This document shows, one piece after another, positions 44,864 through 54,066 of a stretch of DNA of 64,000 nt. This stretch comes from a virus. Its lineage: Duplodnaviria; Caudoviricetes. Where the stretch lies: positions 26,992-90,991 of the IMG/VR virus record IMGVR_UViG_3300028048_000110; one strand, given 5' to 3'. Under the pieces are notes generated by a model. It was not told where the DNA came from and did not search any database. It worked only from the letters and a program-made list of their open reading frames with translations. The position numbers were made by a program, and so were the translations under genes. The stretch's first letter is position 1. The number at the start of each line of letters is the position of its first letter.

Positions 44864-45085
44864 ATGTCTTCAACAACAATATTTGCTGTCATTGTTGCTT
44901 TGTCAAATGCTGTTGTGGCAGTGTTCAGCTACATATTGGCTAGGCACAACACAAAAAATAGCAAGCAAGCTAAGAAAGAAGAGTAGATTGCTGCAGCTGA
45001 AGACAAGCTAGAAGATGCCTGCAACAATGGCACTTTATCTGAATTGATAGATGCAGCAAAGAAGATAGGAGAGGCAAGACAATGA
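44864..45085 (+). CDS. Membrane protein (N-terminal TM helix plus coiled coil), candidate i-spanin, 73 aa
   Basis: MSSTTIFAVIVALSNAVVAVFSYILAR; 1 TAG; ATGA overlap with a lipoprotein gene. Confidence 0.5.
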
Positions 45086-45324
45086 AAACTACAGATGCAG
45101 TGTGGCACAAGTTGGCAGCAGTTGCTGCAGCAGCTACTAGTGCAATTCTATTGGTTGGCTGCATGACAGAGCCAAAAGTTGAAAGCACAAAGCCATGGGA
45201 GAACCACTACTTCACAGTTGAAGACTTCAAGGAGAAGACGAGCAGCATACAGCTTGACAAAGATGAGTCAATTTGGGTGCTGTCAAACCACACGCTTAAC
45301 AGGCTTTTGAGAAGTGCAAAGTGA
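45082..45324 (+). CDS. Lipoprotein, candidate o-spanin, 80 aa
   Basis: Signal peptide with lipobox LLVG-C. Confidence 0.55.
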   Translation: MKTTDAVWHKLAAVAAAATSAILLVGCMTEPKVESTKPWENHYFTVEDFKEKTSSIQLDKDESIWVLSNHTLNRLLRSAK

Positions 45325-45326
45325 AA

Positions 45327-45333
45327 GTAAATA
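45327..45333 (+). promoter_or_regulatory. GTAAATA candidate late promoter
   Basis: Upstream of ATG 45339. Confidence 0.45.
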
Positions 45334-45338
45334 ATGCT

Positions 45339-45845
45339 ATGGAAAAAAAGCAACAACTAGACAAAGATGTCCAAGCAGCAATTGACAAGCTCGTGTCTGA
45401 CGAGTGGTTTGCTGGGCAGATGTACAAGCAGTTTGTGCTGCTTGTCAAAGAAGAAGACAGGTCAAAGATAGCTGGAGAGATGCTTGAGATAGCAGATGAT
45501 GAGCTAGATGACCATCTAAGAAGCATCATTGAGTTTGCTCTCTCATACAGGTTCTCAGTGCCATCTACATATAGTGAGATGAAGAAGCTTGCAGACAAAG
45601 AAGATGTCAAGACATTTGAGAGCTGCAAGAAAGACCAAGATGCACTGTTCTACATATAGAAAGGGATTGAAGCAGAGAAGCGTGCAATTGAGACATACTA
45701 GAAGTATGTTGATGACTATGAGTTCTCACACTTCTTCTAGGACTTCAAGTTGATTGTGCAGAACAACTACTATGATGAGATTGACCATCTCAACAAGCTA
45801 GAGTTCATGAAGAGCTCTATTGAGGCTGTATAGAAGTTCAACTAA
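45339..45845 (+). CDS. Ferritin-like four-helix-bundle protein, 168 aa, 4 TAG
   Basis: EWFA..Y..IADDELDDH..GIEAEKRAIETY..NYYDEIDHL. Confidence 0.7.
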
Positions 45846-45850
45846 GGAGA

Positions 45851-46054
45851 ATGGCATATATGAAGAAGCTAGCCATTTTTGCATTGATTACAGTTGTTGG
45901 GTTTGGGCTAACTGGCTGCACACATGAGAAGACACAAGCCATGCACAATGGCAATGTTGTTACAAACACTGTCCCTATGAAGGCATTCAATGATGAGACA
46001 TATGTATGGGAGAGCTGGTGGTTTGGCACAAACAAAGTAGACAAGCTTGACTAA
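45851..46054 (+). CDS. Small lipoprotein, 67 aa
   Basis: MKKLAIFALITVVGFGLTG-C lipobox; RBS AAGGAG. Confidence 0.7.
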   Translation: MAYMKKLAIFALITVVGFGLTGCTHEKTQAMHNGNVVTNTVPMKAFNDETYVWESWWFGTNKVDKLD

Positions 46055-46097
46055 AGCTGAGGAGCTGGAAGAAGCAATTCCAGAAGTGAGGTGAACT

Positions 46098-46856
46098 ATG
46101 GTCGGTTGGCTAAATAAGATTTTTGGAAAGAAAGCATCTGCTCCACTTGGCAGTGCAGCAGAAAACAAGTACTACATTGAGAAGTACAAAGACTTTGACA
46201 AAGCTATAATGTCATACTATCAGGCTAAAGACCACAATGGCCAAATAGTTGATATTGATGGCATTGTGAATCCTTTGAAAATTGACAACAGGCAAGAGTG
46301 CTCAGTGACTGACTAGCAAGGAACCAAGCCTCATTGTGCAGCTTACTCAATATGCAATCTCTGTGAAGCGCTCATTTGGAAGAAGACTGGAAAGCTCATC
46401 AACATAGATGCAGACTAGGTGTATGCCAAGGCAAAGCAGATAGATGGTGATATCAACTCAGATGGAACTTATCTTGAAGCTGCTATCAAAGCCGCACTTT
46501 AGCTTGGTGGGTTCAATGGCTCAAGCATCAAGATTGGCACAGTGTACAATGATGGAAGTGACAATACTGTTGAGCTTGTGAAGTTCTTGCTGCACAAGTA
46601 TGACTTCTTGCATGCTGGATTCTAGATCACTAAAGACTGGTATTCAGCAAGTGGCAAAGACTATTTCATCAAAGGTGGAGGAGCAAGTCTTGGAGGACAT
46701 GCAGTGCTGCTTTGTGGATATGACCACGATGGTGTCTACATCTAGAACTCATGGGGAGCATCATGGGGAGCAAAAGGCTTTGGCATTCTTCCTTGGAGCA
46801 CTTTCAAGAAGCAGTTCATGTATGCATGCTATCTCCAAGGATCACTTGACATTTGA
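46098..46856 (+). CDS. Papain-like (C1 family) cysteine peptidase, 252 aa
   Basis: D(Q)QGTKPHCAAYS, GGHAVLLCGYD, I(Q)NSWG..WG.KGF; 5 TAG. Confidence 0.85.
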
Positions 46857-46876
46857 TTTCAAAGAAAGACAATGTT

Positions 46877-48043
46877 ATGGAAACACTGACAGACAAGACT
46901 ATTGATCCGCTCACAGCAAGATATTTTTGTATGTTTGCGGATGGAAGCTTGAGACAATTCTTAGCTCAAGTCAAAGATGAGAAGAGCATAAATGACACGG
47001 CTGAGAAAATGGTCAAAGCCAAGTTCAAGAAGCAAACACTTGATGAAGCTGAGACTAAGAGAAGAACCGCATTCATCAATGAAGCTTGGTTCAAAGATGG
47101 GATGAAAGATGCACTGAGCAAAGTGAAGAGCTAGGTGGCTAGTGCTAAAGACAGTGCAAAGAATGAGATAGCAGATGTTGTTGCAAAGACATCAGCTGCG
47201 TCTGCATAGTCTGCAGTTGACACAGTCACAAGTGCAGCAAACTAGCAAAAGCTTGCTGGATTGGCATCTAAGGCTGGACATGAAGCTAGTGCAGCAGCAG
47301 TTGACACAGCAATAGACAAGCTGAATGCTAACCAAGAAGTACTGAAGAAGATGGCTAGCGACGTCGGCGCTTCTGCTGGATCTTCAGCTGGCACTTCTGC
47401 AACACAAGCTGCAATTGACACACTAGCAGCCAACAATGCTAAGCTAGACTAGATTGCAAACAGTGCTGGAGCTTCTGCGGCACAAGGAGCAGTTGACACT
47501 ATAGCTGCAAACAACAGCAAGCTACAGAAGATTGCTAAAGACGCTGGAGCATCTGCAACATCTGGCGCTTTGGCTCAGTTGAAGAAGTCTGCATCTAGTG
47601 CATTGTCTCTAGCAATGCCATGGCTCGTTGGTGCTGCAATAACAACTATTGGAGCGTTTCTTTGGCCAAAGATAAAAGGCACATTCAAGAAGATGTTCAG
47701 AACATCTGCAAAGACAAAGAATAGCTTAGCATTTGTCAAGTTCAAAGATGTTGATGAGAACGACTGGCAATTCTACTTCAGCCGTGACAAAATGCTTTGG
47801 AAACTTGACAACATGAGCAGTGGAGAAGATGTCACTAGACAGAACACTCTTGCTTTCATGGAGACTAATTTTGCAAAGACTTTCATGGCAAGATGCCAGC
47901 AGTTCATTAGAAATGTGCTTGATGATGAATTGAATACAAGCATATTGCTCAAGCAGCAAGATGATGGATTCAAGAAAGATCTTGAGTTCATTGTGAGCAA
48001 CAAGTCTAAGATCTATGACCGAATGTTTAGTGGAAAGTGCTGA
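46877..48043 (+). CDS. Ala/Ser-rich repeat protein with one TM segment, 388 aa
   Basis: Track ORFs 46853, 47261 and 47570 are in frame via TAG; 26-aa repeats AGxSAxQxAxDTxAANNxKLxxIAxx; TM AMPWLVGAAITTIGAFLWP. Confidence 0.7.
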
Positions 48044-48069
48044 GACAAGAAGTGCAATATGAAAATGCT

Positions 48070-48101
48070 AAGAAAGCTAGCTCAAGTGAGCTAGCTTTCT
48101 T
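48070..48101. terminator. Bidirectional intrinsic terminator
   Basis: AAGAAAGCTAGCTC-AAGT-GAGCTAGCTTTCTT between convergent genes. Confidence 0.75.
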
Positions 48102-48120
48102 GCTTTGTAGTGCTATCTTT

Positions 48121-48645
48121 TCACTTAGCCATTCTTGACTTAAGGTACTTGTATGCCTCTTCATCAATCTCAGGCTTCTCTCCAACAGCAAGATCTGTCT
48201 TGACAACACTCTTGTATCCATTTACAAAGCCTACTACTGCAGCGCTCACAAGCTCTTTGACATCTTTCGCCTTAGGGTACTTCACAAAGACATAGTCAAT
48301 GCCATCACATGCAACACCAAGAGCAAGCTTTGCAACTTTAGCACCAGCCTCATCAAGCTTTCCAGCATCAACAAGCTTCTGGAGCTCTTCAGCAATAACT
48401 GGAGTCCAAGCTTCGGCAAATGTCTGGCCTTCACCAGGGACAACCTTTGACACAATGTCAAGGACATTTGCAATTGCTTCTTTCACTTCTGTCTTTGTCT
48501 TAGACAGCTCACATGCATATCCAGCAGTCTTTCCAATGATTGTAGATATTGTTGTCATCTTCTCTGGAGTTGGCAGTTTATCACATCCAGTAAGCACTGC
48601 TACCGCAGTCACTACTGCAGCACCAAGCATAAGTATGTTTTTCAT
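48121..48645 (-). CDS. Lipoprotein, 174 aa
   Basis: MKNILMLGAAVVTAVAVLTG-C lipobox; no TAG. Confidence 0.8.
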   Translation of the reverse strand: MKNILMLGAAVVTAVAVLTGCDKLPTPEKMTTISTIIGKTAGYACELSKTKTEVKEAIANVLDIVSKVVPGEGQTFAEAWTPVIAEELQKLVDAGKLDEAGAKVAKLALGVACDGIDYVFVKYPKAKDVKELVSAAVVGFVNGYKSVVKTDLAVGEKPEIDEEAYKYLKSRMAK

Positions 48646-48705
48646 TGTTGTAGATTTCCTTTATTAGTTCACAAGAATAAGATATGCATCTAGAAACAGT
48701 AGAGA

Positions 48706-50457
48706 TCAAATGAGCTTGTACAGCTGCTTGTTAGACTCTAGCTTTGCATATAGATGGCTTCCATCAGACCACAAGTATGTCTTTGTGCCTTTGAACTTGT
48801 AGAAGTTCTAGTTGTTGGCATTGAACTGTCCATCATCTTCTTTGTCTAGCCGTATGTCATTGAGTGATCTTGGCTTAGTGTCATCAAGAGTCTTGTCATA
48901 TAGACTGTCCAAGCACATCTCAACTTCACCTCTAGTAGCTTCATAGTCACATGCCAACTAAGTTGACTCACCTTCAATGTTTATGAACACTATCTATGAG
49001 TCTGTTGCCTTGAGCCATCTAAGGTCTTGCTCAAACATGCACTAGTGAGATGGAAGTGCAATAGAGTTTGACGCAATCTAGTAGAAGCTGCCAGTAGCAT
49101 CCATGAATATGAGGTCATATCCATTTGTCAGCAGTCTTGACCCAACGCCAAATCTTATCAAGTCTACTGCTGTGCCATCATCAATGAAGTCATACTTCTC
49201 ATGCTGTGGCCCAGGAGCTTGCTTGTCATATTCATCTACTATGCCATCATACCCACCATATGCAGCATCTTCACTTATGTCAACTTTCTTGGTGTGCACG
49301 CCAGATATGTCATTGTAGGCACTGACTTCTCTGTCGCCAACTTTGTCATACATTGACACTTCTTCTGAGACAATGTCATCAATGGCCTGGTTGTAGTCAT
49401 GGACTTCTTGGATTCTGTCATCTGCATCAGACTGTGGTGCGCCATCTTCATATGAGTTGACATACCTCTTAGCTTTGCACTTCCATATGTACTTGTGCAT
49501 AAGAGGGCTTATTCCATCTTGAGTCAACTGCTTGTCAAAGCAGTCAGTTATCTCATACTTCTCTCTGTTCTTGTCATCAGGAAAGTCAATCTCTACTATG
49601 TCACCAACAGCTGGCCTAATCAAGTCAACATACTTCCCTATCTTGTCAACATCATAGAACAAGACTGAGCCATGGACATATCCTGACAGAATGCTAGAGA
49701 ATGTCTAGCTGTCTTTCTGCACTTTGTCTACTCTATATGTCAAGTAGATGAGTGTCTCAAGATAGTCATCATTCTCAATCTTGTACTTCAATGAACGGTA
49801 CAAGTCAGAGTTCACTGGAAACTAGACATTGAAGTCAGTGTGCTCATATGGGTCACACACAATAGTGTATGTCTTGCCATACTCATATGGCTATATCATA
49901 GCTCTAAATCTGCCAGACAGCATGCTGCATCTGTAGACTGGCTGTGCTGACTCAAATCCAAGCTCATATGGAAACTCATGCGATGACAGACTGTAGTCTT
50001 TTCCACTGTATGACACAGATGAAGACACAACTTCAGGGACCTCACAGACTATCTATGTCTCTTGAATTGGATACTCTTTCAGCTGTCCACACTTTGTTGC
50101 CAATGCACAGGCAAAGTCTAGCTTGTCAAAGTGGAAGTCTATCTCTGCATTTGGAGAGTATCCAAGCTTGTTCATCATGAATATGTCTTGCTGCACATCA
50201 GCATAAGTTATCATGTCAACTGACATAGAATAGTCAGGGTTTGTCTCATACCCATATGCTCTTTTCAATATTGCATTCTCATCTATAGACTTCTTGAACA
50301 CAGATGCAAACTTCTCATCTAGCTTGTAGTATGTGCAGTCAATGCCATATTGCCTTATCTAGTCTCTAAGTGCATTTCCAATGATCCTGCTCTCTTCTTC
50401 AAGGCCTTTTCTCTTAAGATATCTTATCTCATCATGCTATGACTGAAGTATTGACAT
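48706..50457 (-). CDS. T4 gp14-like neck protein with insertions, 583 aa
   Basis: IRQYGIDCTYY..; RPAVGDIVEIDF..KYEITD..KYIWKCKAKRYVNSYE; many TAG; track ORFs 50053 and 49078 share this frame. Confidence 0.6.
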
Positions 50458-50466
50458 ATCAACTAC

Positions 50467-50473
50467 TATTTAC
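50467..50473 (-). promoter_or_regulatory. GTAAATA candidate late promoter
   Basis: Upstream of ATG 50457; divergent from the copy at 50528. Confidence 0.6.
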
Positions 50474-50527
50474 CTCATAGAACATATGTCTAGAAATCTA
50501 TCTACTGCAGTCTCATATGCATCAAGA

Positions 50528-50534
50528 GTAAATA
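50528..50534 (+). promoter_or_regulatory. GTAAATA candidate late promoter
   Basis: Immediately upstream of ATG 50538. Confidence 0.6.
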
Positions 50535-50537
50535 GAA

Positions 50538-51488
50538 ATGTCTGATGAGATTAAGACAGTTGGTCGATTCAGATTCACACATAAACCTAAAGAAGGAAAA
50601 CAAAAAATGAAACTGTTGGACATAATGAAGAAGTATGACCGTTGTGTTGTACGTGAGAGTGCTAAGCTCACAAAGATATACAATTTGCTCATCAAAGAGT
50701 CTGAAGAGGCCGATGACATCAATGAGGCAGAAGTCTGCCCTGACTGTGGCAATGACCCTTGCACATGTGAATCTGACAAAGACACTGAGATTGATGAAGG
50801 CATGGGTGCCGCTGCTGCAGGTGGTGCTGTTGGCGCAGCAGTTGGTGGACCAGTTGGTGCTGCTCTTGGCGGAGCTGCTGGTGCTGCTCTAGAATCTGAC
50901 AAAGAAGAAGATGCTGATGCCAATGAGTCAGATGAAGCTATGACTGCTGAAGAGTTCTTTGGCGAAGCTGAAAAAGCAGCTGAAGCCAATGAAGAAGACA
51001 AAGAGACAGACGAGTCTGAAAAGTCTGAAGAAGACAAAGAGACATCTGAAGCAGAAGAGATGATGTCAGCTGAAGAGTTCTTTGCAGAAGCTGATGCTGA
51101 TGCTGAAGACAAAGAGACAGACGAGTCTGACAAGTCTGAAGAAGACAAAGAGACAGATGAGTCTGAAAAGTCTGAAGAAGACAAAGAGACAGATGAGTCT
51201 GAAAAGTCTGAAGAAGACAAAGAGACATCTGAAGCAGAAGAGATGATGTCAGCTGAAGAGTTCTTTGCAGAAGCTGATGCTGAAGACAAAGAGAACACAG
51301 ACGAAGTAGATGAGTCTGAAAAAGAAGACAAAGAAGACAGTGAAGTGTCTGAGTCTGATGACAGTGAGAAAGAGAACGACACTGTTGATGAGTCAGATGA
51401 AGTTGATGAGGATGAGGAAGACGAGAAGAATCTTGAAGAGTCTTTGAAGTCATACCGCCGCGCCAACCACCGTCTATTCAATGACTAA
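50538..51488 (+). CDS. Highly acidic repeat protein, candidate prohead core/scaffold, 316 aa
   Basis: D/E-rich repeats EDKETDESEKSE and MSAEEFFAEA; no TAG. Confidence 0.6.
   Translation: MSDEIKTVGRFRFTHKPKEGKQKMKLLDIMKKYDRCVVRESAKLTKIYNLLIKESEEADDINEAEVCPDCGNDPCTCESDKDTEIDEGMGAAAAGGAVGAAVGGPVGAALGGAAGAALESDKEEDADANESDEAMTAEEFFGEAEKAAEANEEDKETDESEKSEEDKETSEAEEMMSAEEFFAEADADAEDKETDESDKSEEDKETDESEKSEEDKETDESEKSEEDKETSEAEEMMSAEEFFAEADAEDKENTDEVDESEKEDKEDSEVSESDDSEKENDTVDESDEVDEDEEDEKNLEESLKSYRRANHRLFND
50990..51300 (+). repeat. Nested coding repeats: 36-bp units inside a duplicated block
   Basis: gaagacaaagagacaga(c/t)gagtctga(a/c)aagtctgaa occurs several times; gaagcagaagagatgatgtcagctgaagagttctttgcagaagctgatgctga occurs twice. 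Confidence 0.9.
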
Positions 51489-51516
51489 TTGAACAAGTCT
51501 AGTTGTAGACATGAAG

Positions 51517-51548
51517 AAGGCTGAGATTAAATCTCAGCCTTTCTTTTT
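51517..51548. terminator. Intrinsic terminator between convergent genes
   Basis: AAGGCTGAGAT-TAA-ATCTCAGCCTT followed by TCTTTTTT. Confidence 0.75.
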
Positions 51549-51552
51549 TGCC

Positions 51553-53256
51553 TCAGTCAATCTCAAGCTAGATGACTTTGTCTGGCTTCTTGTGGTACAT
51601 CTTCTTGTATATCTTAAGCCGCTCTTCTAAGTGCTTCTAAGAGTACTTAGTGTTCCAAGACAAGTCTATCACATGTGCTTTGTCTTTTGACCCATGAAGC
51701 CGTAGTGTGCGGCCAATAGACTGTATTGTACGTGAAAATGCCTTGCTTGATGTCAAGAACACAAGGTTAGACAGCCTCTTTATGTTGACTCCTGTTGACA
51801 TGACTGCATTCTATGCAATGAGCAAGTTTCCATCTGACTGCTCAAACTTTGCTCGTATGTCTTCACGGTCATGCACATCAACAGAGCCATCAATGTAGTA
51901 GACATTCTTGTCTTTGTACAGCTCTTTTGCATACTCATACAAGCTAGTGCCAATGTCAATCCTGTCAAACAGCATGAGAGTGTTTGACTTCAAGCTTATC
52001 AAGTATTCAAATGCAGGCTTGTACAAGTCTTTGTACCACTTGTTGAAGTAGTCTTTCTCTGCAATGTATGCGTCATTGAACATGACATCACTCTCACCAT
52101 TGGCAACAGCATCAGCATTGAACTTTATGTCTGTGTTCAAGCTGAACAAGAGCTTTGTGTCATAGTCTATTGACTTCACACGTATCTTCAAGAGTGTTAT
52201 GTCAAGCTTAGATATGAACCCTTTGTCCTAAAGGTTTGTTATCTCTTCAATGAATACCACTCTGCCAAACATCCCTATCAACTGCCACTTCTAGTACAAG
52301 TCACGAGGAAGAGTGCCAGAACAGCCAACCTTGACTTTAGTGTCAAGAGACTCTATCAACTCTCTTGTTGACTCAGCGGTGCATGTGTGGACTTCATCTG
52401 CAAAAAGCACGTCAAACTTTGGCAAGCATGCTTTGTTCTTGAAGACATATTGCCTATTGGCAATGACAACTTTTGCTGTCAAGACATTGTTCTCAAGACG
52501 CTCTCTCTTGCTCAATGACCCAGAGAACTTTGCCAAGTCTCGTCTGTCAAATCCATAGTCAATCAAGTCATCATAGAACTGCACAACGAGCTAAGTGTTA
52601 GGCACAAGAATGAGTGTCTTTGCATTTCTGTCAACATGCTTCCACATGTTCCAGACAAAGTTTGCAATCACCAGTGACTTTCCACCAGCAGTAGGGATCT
52701 CTATCAATCCTCTTCCAAATCCGGCAGTGAACAACTGCCGCAGTGCTTCTTCTTGATAGTCTCTATAGTCAAATGGATGTGCACAGTCTTTTTCTGGAAT
52801 CCCTTCTGCTAGCTGCTTCTCTCTTAGACGCCTTAGTTCATTGTTCCGTCCAGTGTCTTCTGCAATGTTTGCAACTTCAAATGGCTATTTCACAATGCCT
52901 TTCAATGGCAGTAGATAGTCATCAATGTACTTTTTGCAGTTTGCTGACATTGCTATGCATGACAGCCCACCATACTGTGTCTTTATCCATGACAATATCT
53001 CAAAAAGAAGTCCTGGAGAGAAGAATCCAAAGTTGTTTATTGCATAGAGGTACTCTTTGGCTTGATATCCATATCTCTCTGTGAAGAATGCTGCGCTGTT
53101 CTTCACAGAGAATGCTCTCTACAGCTCATCAAATGCGTCATGCTCTCTGCATATGATGCGCAGCATTCTCATTGAGCTGTCATATGATATACGGAAGACT
53201 TTGCCTTGAGGCACAGCTTCATATATGCTCTAGAATGTGTCAGAATAGTCTTCCAT
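51553..53256 (-). CDS. uvsW: UvsW-like SF2 helicase, 567 aa, about 9 TAG
   Basis: YRDYQEEA, PTAGGKS, LVPNT(Q)LVVQF, DEVH, GCSGT, STGVNI, QSIGRTLR. Confidence 0.88.
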
Positions 53257-53257
53257 C

Positions 53258-53689
53258 TCAATGGGCCATCTATAGTTTCAATGCATCTATTGAGTTCTTT
53301 ATGTTGAATCCAAATGAGTTCAATATGTTCAATGCTCTTTCAATGTAGTCAATGCAGTCTTGTGTGTTCTTGAATAGAAGATTGAGCTTCTTTATGTTCT
53401 CATCATTTTCTGCAATCTTGTCTTCAGACTTCATCTTCAATATAGAGTCTTGCACTTTAGATGATGCTGTCTTGCTCTTCAATATCTTCTGTTTAGCATC
53501 AATGATTCGTTGAAGATTCTCTTTTTCAAGAAATAGATAAGAGATCCACTTAGCCCAAATAGAAGAGCAGAGTAGAGATTTTTCTCTAAGGTTGAATTCT
53601 GTCAACTTCACGTCAGAGTTTAGTTCTTTGATGTAGTTAGACAAGACTTGATTTGTTTTTATTTCAACGATTTTAGAATTCTATTCCAT
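53258..53689 (-). CDS. uvsY: UvsY-like recombination mediator, 143 aa
   Basis: KELNSDVKL..AKW..YL..; DYIERALNILNSFGFNIKNSID; adjacent to uvsW; TAG at codon 3 and near the end. Confidence 0.7.
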
Positions 53690-53722
53690 AAAGATAAAAT
53701 ACTCTTCTTGACTTGTCTATTC

Positions 53723-53750
53723 TGTCGAAATGGCTTAAGCCATTTCGACA
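53723..53750. repeat. Perfect 28-bp palindrome
   Basis: TGTCGAAATGGCTT|AAGCCATTTCGACA. Confidence 0.9.
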
Positions 53751-54025
53751 ATGAAGACAGATTCAAATAAGCAAATTGAAATACATATTTTGACTAAAGA
53801 CAAAACTAGATTTTTTTTATACCTCAGTTGAAGCACAAATTAAAAAAAAATGAATTGTCTGCATCAATGATGTTCTGCTTCTATGAGATCTTCTATTGCC
53901 AAGAAATTCAGTTTAAAACTTGGACTTACTTCTGTTCTGTTTTTTCTCTAGAGACAGCATTGAAGTGTCTATGATACTATACTTCTTTCTAGACTTCTTG
54001 CGCAATTGCAATATCTGCATGTGAG

Positions 54026-54032
54026 GTAAATA
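54026..54032 (+). promoter_or_regulatory. GTAAATA candidate late promoter
   Basis: Upstream of sheath ATG 54067. Confidence 0.6.
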
Positions 54033-54066
54033 AAGTAAAAATCTAATGGCAAATAAGGTTTGAAGC

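Noticed and set aside
50990-51300. Possible CRISPR array
   Set aside because: Units are multiples of 3, in frame, contiguous and lack unique spacers. I saw no repeat-spacer array anywhere in the window.
50522-51481. 319-aa Ser-rich minus-strand ORF in the track
   Set aside because: Antisense shadow of the acidic repeat gene, whose GAA/GAT/TCT codons leave the opposite strand open.
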